Assembly: GCA_964493625.1 (NCBI GenBank)
Contig: CAZBOU010000008.1
Coordinates: forward strand, 3,561-67,560
DNA: 64,000 nt
Reading direction: 5' to 3'
Source: an uncultured Caldisericota bacterium
GTDB lineage: Bacteria; Caldisericota; Caldisericia; UBA6126
In this document: piece after piece, positions 19,301 to 27,919 of the stretch
Numbering within the stretch: the stretch's first letter is position 1
Layout of the letters: each line of letters begins with the position of its first letter
Notes under the pieces: model-generated
What the model saw: the letters and a program-made list of their open reading frames with translations, nothing else
Databases searched by the model: none
Told to the model about the DNA's origin: nothing
Position numbers and translations under genes: made by a program

Positions 19301-22300
19301 GCCCTATCCTTCGAGAGGGTAGAAACGCTTGTCCTGCCAATTGGGAAAACCAATTTGTGAAGCTTGGTACAGAATTTTTCCCCATGACAGATTATGGGAT
19401 TTATTTCGTACTGCGTGATTCGCATGACGGAAGCCTTCTTTCCTTTGAATCATCGAATCGAAATCACCGCATTACTCAAATTGAGATCAAAGGACCCTTT
19501 TTAACTCCTTATTTCCCCTTGAGCAATGTTCGATATGGTGGAAGCAGTAATGTACCCCTTACCTACAATTGGAGTGGTGAAGTTATCATTGATAGCTCCA
19601 ACTACAAAGAATATGAGTTAACTGGAGCAGATTGGACTCGAACTACCAATCCAGGCCTTCGAGAAAGTGTTCGCTACGGACGTGCAAACAGTGTTTTAGA
19701 ATATTCACGAAGATTGAATTATACAGGTATACCAAAGGTCATCGTTATAGATGAGCTCATTCCTGTACAATATGGGAAAATATCTATTCGTGTTCATTTG
19801 GCCGATGGACGCATTGGAGACTATTATGACTGCTGCGATGTTCCCATGGAAGGAATCCCGGTGCATGCTCTTGAAATAGGAGACTATGCAGGAGGCATTG
19901 AGTATGGCAAAGACTGCGAGTTTACTGCAACAATCAAAGAGCACTCCTCTATGCAAAGTGTACGCCAAGTTAATGATGCTGTTGTATTTATTTGGCAAGA
20001 CCGAGGTGTAAAAACTCGATACAATCAAGAAACCTTAGAAGGAGCTGGAGATGGATGGGTAACGATGGCCCCAGAGTCTTCTGAGAATTCTGGGTATTCC
20101 ACAGCGTACTCTTCTTCTGATGATCTGAACGATGACGGCAAGATCTCTTTCAATGATTTTGAGACCGAAATTGTTGGAAGTTATGATCTTTCTACCAATA
20201 CTTGGGCCGGAGGAATGATTGATGCAAGGACATTCCAAAGAAATCAAGGAAAGTACAAGTTTGTTCTATCTGAGAAGAATAGATGTATTATTGATACGGT
20301 AGGAATGGATTTTAATAAAAATGGAGTTATTGAAGACCACGAAATCCTTCCTGTATACATCACTGCCTATAAATATGGAGATGACAACAACAGCCGAGGA
20401 TTTGGCCCTTTGTACCCTAATCCTATGAATCACAAGTACTATTCACATGCTGTATATCTATCGGGACAAAACATTGCACCAGTAGGATACAGCACTGGAC
20501 CACAAAAATCGTATGAGATTGATCTTTCTCCCTCTATTTTAACTGCAGGGGTTTCACCTGAAAGCGCTTTTCAAGGTCAACCATTCACGGTTACTGTAAA
20601 AAAATCGGATGGATCCCCAGTGGACTTAACAGACAACGGTTCTTTGAGTACAGAAGAAGTGGCTGCATTGTTCTTTGACGATACTCCCTTCAATGTACCG
20701 GACTACTATTGGGTTCGCACCAATTTGCAAAATACATCTACTGATGCTGCAAACAATAGCGATTTGTTCAACAAAAAAATCATTCAATATGATTTTTCAG
20801 GAGCCAAAAAGGGTGTCTACATCTTCAAAAATTTTGTAGCCAATGATGCTGGGTCTTTCAAATTAAGAGTTATGAATAAAAGACGTAGTGATTTTGGCTC
20901 GGTGGATGTAAAGGTAGCCTTGCCTACTGTCGACTATATTGTTTCTCCGTCAGCACCAGAAGGACTCATCCCCGGAGAATTATATTCTGTTACAGCTACT
21001 ATAAAAGATGCTCTTGGCAATACGATTCGTGGAGCAGACGTTCACTATTTACCCTTTTCCGGATCCATAAATGAGCACTATGATCCTGTTTTTCTAGGGA
21101 TCGATCAAGACAATTCATCTAGAAAATGGGCGTCTAACTCTATGGCTTACAACATGTCCATTGACCTTGCTAAACGTGATCGAAATCAAGCAGGGTGGTT
21201 TGGTCCCGGAGCTATCTATAATAGCGCACATGATGGCTTGGTCCATATTCTTGACCGCAACAATGATAATATCGTAAACCATCAAGACAGTTTGTTGGAC
21301 GTGAACGGTCAAATGAAATTTGTTATACCTGCCTGTGGCAACGTTTTTTATGGAGGTTTTGTAGGATGCAATCAGCTATTAAAACAAGCTGGAGTGAGTG
21401 ATGTTGCTGGCGGCCAACCAGAAGACCATGGCGGAAGCCTATCAAGGCGATACAGGCCTGACGGAACATTTCATATGGATTGGTTTGCTTTTAGTCAAGA
21501 TAAGGTTGTGGGCAAAGCACTAGAAATTTCTGCTTATGATCAAAACAAAGAACCCCTTTCTACGGTGGGATTTGATCTAGGCAACTACGACCTTATTTCA
21601 GGAGCAAAAAACAACGTATTATTGAAGATAAAAGAAGCTGGTTCTGGACTAAAAGGACTTCGCTTTTACGAAAATAATCAAAGAATTGCTCAAGTAGATA
21701 TACAATCCACCGAGGATTTTATTGAAGTTGAACTGCAACCATCGAATCCCGGTGAAAGTACTATTGTAGTTCGTGCTGTATATCAGTTTGACACGATGGA
21801 TACTCCTTTTGAACAAACCTGCATGTCATTTGATGTTATTTCCGGGCTGAGTGTTTCGATTGTAGAAGGAGAATTCCTCTATTCTACAGAGCGATCAAAA
21901 GTTGTATTGAAAGTAAATCAAGCGTATAGTGATTCCTTAAAGGATACTCTTCTTGGCTTGAAAGGGCCTGGAGTAGAAGAATGGGAGCCTATTGACTCCA
22001 ATGGAACTTCACTGTTCTATTTCACTCCTCCCTACCCTGGTACTATTCAAATTTTGATTAAGGGTTCTCAAGTATTAACTCATGCACCTACGATTACAGT
22101 TTTTGATTCGCAACAACCACCCTATTTGCTAATCAAGGAATACCCAAGCCTTACTAGGAAGAGCACAATTACTCTTCATGGAGAAACACAAATAGGCTGT
22201 AGCGTGTTTTTCGACGAAAATGAAATAGACGTGTCTTCTTCTGGTACGTTCTCGATTCCCATTGAGCTGGAAGAAGGGAAAAATGAATTTCTTGTTCGTG

Positions 22301-22983
22301 CTTTTAACCCAAAAGGAGTAAAAGCAGAAGAAAAAATCGTGATCTGGAAACGCACAAAGGGTCCTGATATTGAAGTAGATGCATTTCCCGAAACACCCCC
22401 AGAAAAGTTGGAATTGATGGTAACTGGAACCGTAACTCCCCCCGAAGCAGAAGTTATTGTGAATGGCTACGAAGCAATAGTAGAAAGTGATGGAACATTC
22501 TCTTGCACAATACCCATCCAAACCGGTGAAAATGAAATTTATATCAAAGCCGTAGACAGTATTGGAAATACTTCAGAAATGACCCTTACGTATACTTTTA
22601 AAGAGACGACCGTCATTGTTTTAACGATTGGTAGCAAGGCAATGATGATTGATGGAAAAAGCCAAGAAATGGATGTGGCCCCCTTTATTCGTAATGGCCG
22701 CACGATGGTCCCCATACGAGCAATCGCAGAAGCTTTTGGCGCAGAGGTAGAATGGAAACCTTCTACCGAAACCGTAGAAATACGGTTAGGAGACTTGTTC
22801 ATTTCCATGCAAATTGGGAATCCAGTAGCGATGATAGGCAAGAAGGTTACTTCTTTAGACAGTCCGCCCGTTATTGAAAATGGTCGTACGTTTGTACCCT
22901 TACGTTTCATTGCAGAAAGTTTCGGAGCAGAAGTTGAGTGGGTTGCTGAAACAAGAACCATCATTATTCATTACAATAGGTAG
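16375..22983 (+). CDS. 2202-aa secreted surface protein of unknown function with Ig-like + CuAO-N-like C-terminal cassette
   Basis: AAAGGTGG RBS and ATG 16375 give signal peptide MKKLLHILCAIFVSFTMFHVGLMQSPTTQA. It contains duplicated YRD-D...VS-GD-R-T modules, several EF-hand-like loops and a Pro-rich linker SSDPNPPPDPDPPSPKPPDD. Two Ig-like modules and two copper-amine-oxidase-N-like repeats follow (22610-22980: APFIRNGRTMVPIRAIAEAFGAEVEW / PPVIENGRTFVPLRFIAESFGAEVEW). Confidence 0.85.
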   Translation: MKKLLHILCAIFVSFTMFHVGLMQSPTTQANTNVKDAIFAALQWVPVGTSRDGTQLRNSALFPWQRGSEDLWGNRQYLMPSAGAPRPATSATKSTPVYYTEIYFDVIAAGGRSTEANHYYVVMDDSQQIWLDQDGRFQDARQSDQPTTNCRTSSGRVDPSSANNTLGPYRVGDYLHIENNKGYLFTPSGAIEPIEYSNTDYSGRVFQIGQALLGNEENHPVLLVSEVLQASCDTYTYNISVESDLWMGTNPAVTSARLFSHSGDVPEVAQLIQKSTVLDPSGREFFAPATTFHNIRLKYREYIGVEIWKDNGVNVNVFGGNTRSNNLSDDYKAGETCEEFLGMKQGSSDTDAYLPLLPIPVTDRFYSSTSSSRYGCQGPIYRDFDDSRTVSPGDLRITSIHVNMGETLIDYAAGTTVAEGDSDVGFPLQDFIVEDYYDQNENGEFDSQDFIYRDVDGNDRVSSGDIRVTQVSYRGTTYDCGSTVQIGDVWLFENPVTGITMGKNGNFRSMDMEVIPGEIDLNVRVTPAFRVEQTSTVTVAIQPPLEANEKAVILIRSVDGGDSIREVNAGVREYTFTYTPWEGTCSPLGKQVPITIELYRGQNFTDVNQGPKDGNYGYWKVDTPRAVQFLENKYDCRMFDSISVLPELIEFRTNISCLSNISFRYPNLVLKMFDADNKSDVNDPNGMAISSTASRNILANYNATGSGIRYMFTAIDGMSNKYIVQVNSDNTYLLWKWIDNPSPTPGKGYYGALDFEDEVSGPYDSANGQALYGGSLEDVDCSEDKIECRTCELSGLPPLGKITKGDTFGIFDGTLGEVLNDGVWAFVTPYGKGLIGNDGGEFPVCLWPRENNNDVSVRVFTTHAMYDYNSTISHPPYFVTGGGDGIDYCGIALLGWKSSDPNPPPDPDPPSPKPPDDGGRNDGIAFSEFVAIDHSLQYSEFRYSSSIQPDYDPVLQHMIRDFRSYPGGQTHMGRSGPILREGRNACPANWENQFVKLGTEFFPMTDYGIYFVLRDSHDGSLLSFESSNRNHRITQIEIKGPFLTPYFPLSNVRYGGSSNVPLTYNWSGEVIIDSSNYKEYELTGADWTRTTNPGLRESVRYGRANSVLEYSRRLNYTGIPKVIVIDELIPVQYGKISIRVHLADGRIGDYYDCCDVPMEGIPVHALEIGDYAGGIEYGKDCEFTATIKEHSSMQSVRQVNDAVVFIWQDRGVKTRYNQETLEGAGDGWVTMAPESSENSGYSTAYSSSDDLNDDGKISFNDFETEIVGSYDLSTNTWAGGMIDARTFQRNQGKYKFVLSEKNRCIIDTVGMDFNKNGVIEDHEILPVYITAYKYGDDNNSRGFGPLYPNPMNHKYYSHAVYLSGQNIAPVGYSTGPQKSYEIDLSPSILTAGVSPESAFQGQPFTVTVKKSDGSPVDLTDNGSLSTEEVAALFFDDTPFNVPDYYWVRTNLQNTSTDAANNSDLFNKKIIQYDFSGAKKGVYIFKNFVANDAGSFKLRVMNKRRSDFGSVDVKVALPTVDYIVSPSAPEGLIPGELYSVTATIKDALGNTIRGADVHYLPFSGSINEHYDPVFLGIDQDNSSRKWASNSMAYNMSIDLAKRDRNQAGWFGPGAIYNSAHDGLVHILDRNNDNIVNHQDSLLDVNGQMKFVIPACGNVFYGGFVGCNQLLKQAGVSDVAGGQPEDHGGSLSRRYRPDGTFHMDWFAFSQDKVVGKALEISAYDQNKEPLSTVGFDLGNYDLISGAKNNVLLKIKEAGSGLKGLRFYENNQRIAQVDIQSTEDFIEVELQPSNPGESTIVVRAVYQFDTMDTPFEQTCMSFDVISGLSVSIVEGEFLYSTERSKVVLKVNQAYSDSLKDTLLGLKGPGVEEWEPIDSNGTSLFYFTPPYPGTIQILIKGSQVLTHAPTITVFDSQQPPYLLIKEYPSLTRKSTITLHGETQIGCSVFFDENEIDVSSSGTFSIPIELEEGKNEFLVRAFNPKGVKAEEKIVIWKRTKGPDIEVDAFPETPPEKLELMVTGTVTPPEAEVIVNGYEAIVESDGTFSCTIPIQTGENEIYIKAVDSIGNTSEMTLTYTFKETTVIVLTIGSKAMMIDGKSQEMDVAPFIRNGRTMVPIRAIAEAFGAEVEWKPSTETVEIRLGDLFISMQIGNPVAMIGKKVTSLDSPPVIENGRTFVPLRFIAESFGAEVEWVAETRTIIIHYNR

Positions 22984-23020
22984 CACTAAAAACAACCAAT
23001 AGAATCGAACCGAATGCTAT

Positions 23021-23059
23021 AAAAAAAGACCCTGCTTTGGTAGCAGGGTCTTTTTTTTT
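23021..23059. terminator. bidirectional rho-independent terminator between convergent giant genes
   Basis: A-run (23021-23027), GACCCTGCT (23028-23036), loop TTGGT, AGCAGGGTC (23042-23050), T-run (23051-23059). Confidence 0.8.
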
Positions 23060-23095
23060 GCTCATACCTATAGTAAAAGATCATTCGATATATTC

Positions 23096-26000
23096 TTACA
23101 AACGCTCCCCAAAGTTATACGATAGTATGATTAGGTCAATACCATCCACTTTTCCGTCATCGTTAAAATCGCACCTGGCATCGTAGTTTGCATCTTCTTT
23201 GTTTGTGCCAAAGGCAGCTGCAAATAGTGTTAGGTCGTGAATATCTACAACTCCATCTCCATTCACATCTCCGGCTAGATAGTTTGTTACAAGGACATCA
23301 ACACCAGAACCAATCAAGGGGTACTCTTCTAACGCCTCAGTTTTGGCAGATGCTTTTTGAATATTCAAAGTAGAAGTGCCTTTGTTGATCCCAATAAAGG
23401 ACAACGTAATCAGCATTCCTGTACCTTGTAAAGAAAAGCCAGTGTTCATCATTATTTTGATCACAACTTTGCCATTGTCTTTGTCAATTTCTTGCAACAA
23501 AGTATGCGCATCGGCTGTATTTTGAAGAAGCATTGAAGATGCTTTTACATCAAGACATTCTACCAAAACAGGATCGTATTGAATTTCAAATTCGATATAA
23601 GATAGATTTTTTGCGTCTTTTAATTGAATATCAATAGGGGTTGGTTTTTTAATCTTAATCTGCGGATATATGGGGTGAAAATGCAACGAGGCGTATCCTT
23701 CTTGAATCGATAGGACAGAAAGTTTGAATTGTGATGTTCTTGTTTTTCCTCCTCCAATACCCTGGATGCTTATGATGTGCTCTTGACTTGGTAGAGATGG
23801 GCTTGTATGGAAAGTAATGGTGACAGGTTTTCCAAAATCCTTTTTTTCAATGATAGATGGTTCAATAGAATGCGTGATACCCTCCGGTACGTTTCCGACC
23901 GTTAAGGTTACAGGGGCTGTCCATTTTAAACTAAAACTAGGATTGAATGTCATCTCGACAGAAGTACCTGCTGTTGCGTGCAAGGTAAAATTTGGTTCAA
24001 GGTTCAAAGAAAAATCACCATCGGCTAGTATTATTTCAAGAGTAACAGAGATTCTTTTTGTGGTTTTATTCGCTTTTCCCAGTACAATAAATTTTAATTC
24101 TGTAGGGGTCATAGTTTGTGTTGTTTGGATATGAAGAACAGATTTTTGTCCTTCGATAATCATTTGTTTCGAAAATGAAAACTGTAGATTTGATGGAAGC
24201 TGATCAACAGATAGATCTACATTTTCACTGAATCCATCAAATCCAGAAAAAGTGATTTCATAATCTGCTGATTCACCTGCATACACTTGCTGGTAGGTAG
24301 GGGAAACCTTAAGAGCATAATCACCCTGCATTGTTTCGTATACAGTGATATGGTATACCAATTCAGCATGTTTGCCACCACCTTGGCCAAGGATTATCAA
24401 CTCAAACTCTCCGGGTTCCACAATAGGACTAAAATGCATGCTTGCAGTAGTTGTACCTGGACAGGGTGCAATAGGGGGGTTAAAAGTGACTTCTACACCT
24501 TCGGGTGGTGTTCCTTTGAGGCCCATGGTAACAGGGGCATTAAAGCCTGCCGTTCTAGAAAGAGAAATATCAGAACGAACCGTTGTTCCAGCATTTACCT
24601 CAAATTCTGTGTTAATGGAAGAAAGAGAAAATTCTCCAGGAGCAATGTTTTGAACACGCAGTTGAATGCGAGTTGTTTTCTTTATCGTTCCACTAAACGC
24701 TATTACAAGAAGGCTATGGCTACCAGTAGGAGTTTCCGAGGTGGTTTGAATTTTAAGAGTTGTTTCTCCTGGGGCAGTATTTAACTGTGAAGGAGAGAAT
24801 TCATAATGTGTTCCTGCTGGCACATTTTCGAGCTGAAATTCCACTGGTTTTTTCAAGGGAATATCATTGATGACATTGATTTTTATGTCTACACTACCAC
24901 CTTGAAAAAGTGTGGTTGACTGTGTATCTGGGATCAATGTAAAACCGACACTCGAGGAGAAGCAATACAATTTACCAGAGTTGGTTCCAACGGCAACTAC
25001 CCCTCTACCCACTGCAGGGCTACTTTGTATAGGAGCATCCAAAGTTTTTTCCCAGACCAATCTTCCTGCTTCGTCAAGCATGGTTAGTTTTTTGTCCAAA
25101 CCGGCTACTAAAATTTTATCTCCTGCAATAACAGGGTTTGTTGTAACAGCTCCTCCGCCTACAGAGTAGGACCATTTTTCTTCTTTTGTTTCTGTATCAA
25201 TTTTACGAAGCTCGGCCATTTTTAAATTTTGATTCTTTTTTACCCCAATAAAGTAAATGTGCTTTTCATCTTCATCTAGAGCGGGAGTATTGGGCACTTC
25301 GTCGTAGGTTAAAATTTGCCATTTCATTGTCATGGAAGGATTCACACGATAGAAAAATAAGTTCTCACCACCTCCACCAATGTAGATGCCATCTTTACCA
25401 ATCGTTGGAGAGGATTTAAAGCTGGCACGAAAACCGTTAAATTTTCCAAAAGGCAAACCATTTACAGACGAGAGAGAGTACATGTAGTTGTCATATGTAG
25501 AAACATATACACGGTTTTTGTAATAGGCTGGAGAGGTGTATATGGGGGCATCATATTGATTCATCCAACGTTGTTCTCCACCTTCAATAGACAAGGCGTA
25601 AAACTCTCCTTTTTCAGTACCAAAATAGACTTTATCATCACCTATACAAGCTGTAGACCGGATACTTGATCCTACATTTCGGTACCATATCGGTCTGCCT
25701 GTGTTTCTGTTAAAGCAGAAGAAGATTCCATCCAGTGTTCCAACAAACAGTTTTTCTTCATGAATTCTAGGGGAACATGTCCATGGAGGTGGATCGTCCT
25801 CCTCCTCTTCCCCGATAGGTGGTAGGATGCGATTGGATTGACCCAAATAGTAATCCCACAATTTTTCTCCCGTAGTTCGGTCTATGGCGTATAGCTTCGT
25901 AGAGTGTCGGCCATCTGGCAAAGCTTTTTCTCCTACAAAATAAATCACGTTGCCAATGATGGCGGGTGTGGATCGAATGGCATCGCTGTCAGATTGGTAC

Positions 26001-27916
26001 ATGTAACGATCTTCCAGTTTACTGCTCACGCTTTCCTCTGTATAGTTTCGCAATGTGTTTGTGTTTCCAAAACCATTCCAGTCGAAGCGTTTTGTTCCTT
26101 TCACTTTGATTGTAAATCTTTCCATGACAGATTTACCGCCACCCTTTGCTTCCACAGCAAAAGAGTAAGTCTCGGGATCGACCGTTACATCTACGACAAT
26201 AATCAATTGACTTGTTCCTGGAACTCGCAGTGAGGGAGAGGAAAACTTCGTACTAAACCCGGGATTGGTAGATTTCATACTTAAATTAACAGCTCCATAA
26301 AACCCATCTGGAGAACTTACATCAAGATTGAAGACAGCAGCATTGCCAGCGTCAATCTCAATACTAGGTGGTTTGATGTTCAGGGTAAAGGTGCCTTCTT
26401 CAATTTCCAAAACTTCAACACTAAGAGAAACCTTTCTTGTTCGACCAAGAGTCTCTCCAAATATCTCAATAAAATAGGTTCCTGGTTTTGTTTCTTTGTT
26501 CACAATAAGACGGAGGTTCGCGGTTGCATTGCTATCTGACATTTTGACTATGTTTGGAGTAACAATCGTTTCAATTCCCAAAGGAGTTTTTCCGATACGC
26601 AGAAAAACATTTTGAGAAAAGGAAGAGGTGGCACTGATTTGAATTTCAATATTTCGTTCTTCTCCTTGATACATCGAGACATTTGCAGGAGATAAGGAAA
26701 GTCCAAAATCTATATTGTCTGCAAAACAAACACATGTACTGGAAAAGGCTAAAATAATCTTATTTTTCGTAATAATGGGAGAGGTGTTGATTTCATTTCC
26801 TAGAAGAGTTGAGAATACTTCTTTGCCTGTTTCGGTATCCAGTGCATAGAATTTTCCATCTCCTCCTCCAAATACGACGTATTCGCCCGTAACAGCAGGA
26901 GAACTGACTACTCTACCCGGAACTGGAAACTTCCACTTTGTTTTTCCGTCTGTACGACGAATGGCTAGCATTTTTCCATCTTCGTCGCCAACAAAGAGTG
27001 TATTTTGTGTTACTGCAGGAGTGGAAACAAAGTTACCGATTTGTCCCGTACGCCAAATGATTTCACCTGTGTAGGCATTGATAGCGAATATTTCTCCTTG
27101 TCCACTAGCAGATCTAGTGGAGACGTATAGCACTCCATCAAGATAAACAGGAGAGGCCTTGCATTCATCATTTGTCCCAATAGGTAATTGGATACCGTTT
27201 CGATCAAAAAGAGGCTTTAAATCACTGTAATCATAGGCATAAAGACGGCCACCTGATGTTACTGCAAATACTCTGCCAGCTCCAATAATGGGAGAAGAGA
27301 TGACACTTCCGTTTAAAGGAATTCTTTCCAGTTCACTACCGGCTGCATTTAAAACATACAGAAATTCCGTAGAGGTACCAAAAAAAACTTTGTCTCCATA
27401 GACCAAACAAGAACTGGATGTGATTTGACCGTAGGCTACAAACTTCCACAGTTCTGTTCCGTCATCACGTAGGCAGTACATATAAGAAGGAGTATCGGAC
27501 GATCCACCCGTAGAAAAAAACAATTTTCCATTGCTATATGTTGGAGCTCCATACGGAAGTGGGTAGTTTAAAAAACGTTCTTCCGTTTCCCAAATCTTTT
27601 CTCCTTCAGCTGTATCAATTGCATATACTTTTCGATTGTCAGCCACAATATAGGCAATGTTGTTTTGAACGATAGGAGAGGAAGAAATGGAGCTTCCTGT
27701 TTGGAAGCGCCACTGTTCAAGCAATCCTTCTACCTGAATGAGTTCAGAAGAAACCCCAGTACGTGATTCGTTTTGGTGGAATGTTGGCCAATCGCTTCCT
27801 TCTTGAGCATACACTGAGGAAATAGAGCGATTCCATGGAATAACAAGGCTAGAGATTACGATACATAAACAGAGAAGTCCAGACATTGTATTTCGAGCAT
27901 ATTGGTGGATATTCAT
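23096..27916 (-). CDS. 1606-aa secreted protein: two PQQ/BamB-like beta-propellers, beta-sandwich modules, cohesin-like domain and dockerin
   Basis: Signal-anchor MSGLLCLCIVISSLVIPW...VYAQEG. Propeller blades include KVYAIDTAEGEKIWET, GEIFAINAYTGEIIWRT, GKFYALDTETGKEVF, TKLYAIDRTTGEKLWDY and GEFYALSIEGGEQRW. The cohesin-like module and dockerin are listed as separate features below. Confidence 0.85.
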   Translation of the reverse strand: MNIHQYARNTMSGLLCLCIVISSLVIPWNRSISSVYAQEGSDWPTFHQNESRTGVSSELIQVEGLLEQWRFQTGSSISSSPIVQNNIAYIVADNRKVYAIDTAEGEKIWETEERFLNYPLPYGAPTYSNGKLFFSTGGSSDTPSYMYCLRDDGTELWKFVAYGQITSSSCLVYGDKVFFGTSTEFLYVLNAAGSELERIPLNGSVISSPIIGAGRVFAVTSGGRLYAYDYSDLKPLFDRNGIQLPIGTNDECKASPVYLDGVLYVSTRSASGQGEIFAINAYTGEIIWRTGQIGNFVSTPAVTQNTLFVGDEDGKMLAIRRTDGKTKWKFPVPGRVVSSPAVTGEYVVFGGGDGKFYALDTETGKEVFSTLLGNEINTSPIITKNKIILAFSSTCVCFADNIDFGLSLSPANVSMYQGEERNIEIQISATSSFSQNVFLRIGKTPLGIETIVTPNIVKMSDSNATANLRLIVNKETKPGTYFIEIFGETLGRTRKVSLSVEVLEIEEGTFTLNIKPPSIEIDAGNAAVFNLDVSSPDGFYGAVNLSMKSTNPGFSTKFSSPSLRVPGTSQLIIVVDVTVDPETYSFAVEAKGGGKSVMERFTIKVKGTKRFDWNGFGNTNTLRNYTEESVSSKLEDRYMYQSDSDAIRSTPAIIGNVIYFVGEKALPDGRHSTKLYAIDRTTGEKLWDYYLGQSNRILPPIGEEEEDDPPPWTCSPRIHEEKLFVGTLDGIFFCFNRNTGRPIWYRNVGSSIRSTACIGDDKVYFGTEKGEFYALSIEGGEQRWMNQYDAPIYTSPAYYKNRVYVSTYDNYMYSLSSVNGLPFGKFNGFRASFKSSPTIGKDGIYIGGGGENLFFYRVNPSMTMKWQILTYDEVPNTPALDEDEKHIYFIGVKKNQNLKMAELRKIDTETKEEKWSYSVGGGAVTTNPVIAGDKILVAGLDKKLTMLDEAGRLVWEKTLDAPIQSSPAVGRGVVAVGTNSGKLYCFSSSVGFTLIPDTQSTTLFQGGSVDIKINVINDIPLKKPVEFQLENVPAGTHYEFSPSQLNTAPGETTLKIQTTSETPTGSHSLLVIAFSGTIKKTTRIQLRVQNIAPGEFSLSSINTEFEVNAGTTVRSDISLSRTAGFNAPVTMGLKGTPPEGVEVTFNPPIAPCPGTTTASMHFSPIVEPGEFELIILGQGGGKHAELVYHITVYETMQGDYALKVSPTYQQVYAGESADYEITFSGFDGFSENVDLSVDQLPSNLQFSFSKQMIIEGQKSVLHIQTTQTMTPTELKFIVLGKANKTTKRISVTLEIILADGDFSLNLEPNFTLHATAGTSVEMTFNPSFSLKWTAPVTLTVGNVPEGITHSIEPSIIEKKDFGKPVTITFHTSPSLPSQEHIISIQGIGGGKTRTSQFKLSVLSIQEGYASLHFHPIYPQIKIKKPTPIDIQLKDAKNLSYIEFEIQYDPVLVECLDVKASSMLLQNTADAHTLLQEIDKDNGKVVIKIMMNTGFSLQGTGMLITLSFIGINKGTSTLNIQKASAKTEALEEYPLIGSGVDVLVTNYLAGDVNGDGVVDIHDLTLFAAAFGTNKEDANYDARCDFNDDGKVDGIDLIILSYNFGERL
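23099..23272 (-). other. dockerin module (two EF-hand-like Ca-binding repeats)
   Basis: GDVNGDGVVDIHDLTLFAAAFG ... CDFNDDGKVDGIDLIILSYNFG at the extreme C-terminus. Confidence 0.8.
23273..23692 (-). other. cohesin-like module
   Basis: ASLHFHPIYPQIKIKKPTPIDIQLKDAKNLSYIEFEIQYDPVLVECLDVKASS...GTGMLITLSFIGINKGTSTLNI. The pattern (F-I-YDP--L----V, G-G-L--L-F) is typical of cohesin folds. Confidence 0.55.
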
Positions 27917-27919
27917 ACA

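Noticed and set aside
22610-22980. Reading the 'copper amine oxidase' similarity as an oxidase function
   Set aside because: Only the small N-terminal-type repeat is present, twice, at the C-termini of four proteins. No amine-oxidase catalytic domain or TPQ consensus is present. I treat it as a structural or anchoring module.
23096-27916. PQQ-dependent dehydrogenase (quinoprotein) interpretation of the 1606-aa protein
   Set aside because: The blades match the generic PQQ-like/BamB-type repeat, occur in two separate propellers interrupted by beta-sandwich modules, and I see no signature of a quinoprotein active site. It is more likely a binding scaffold.
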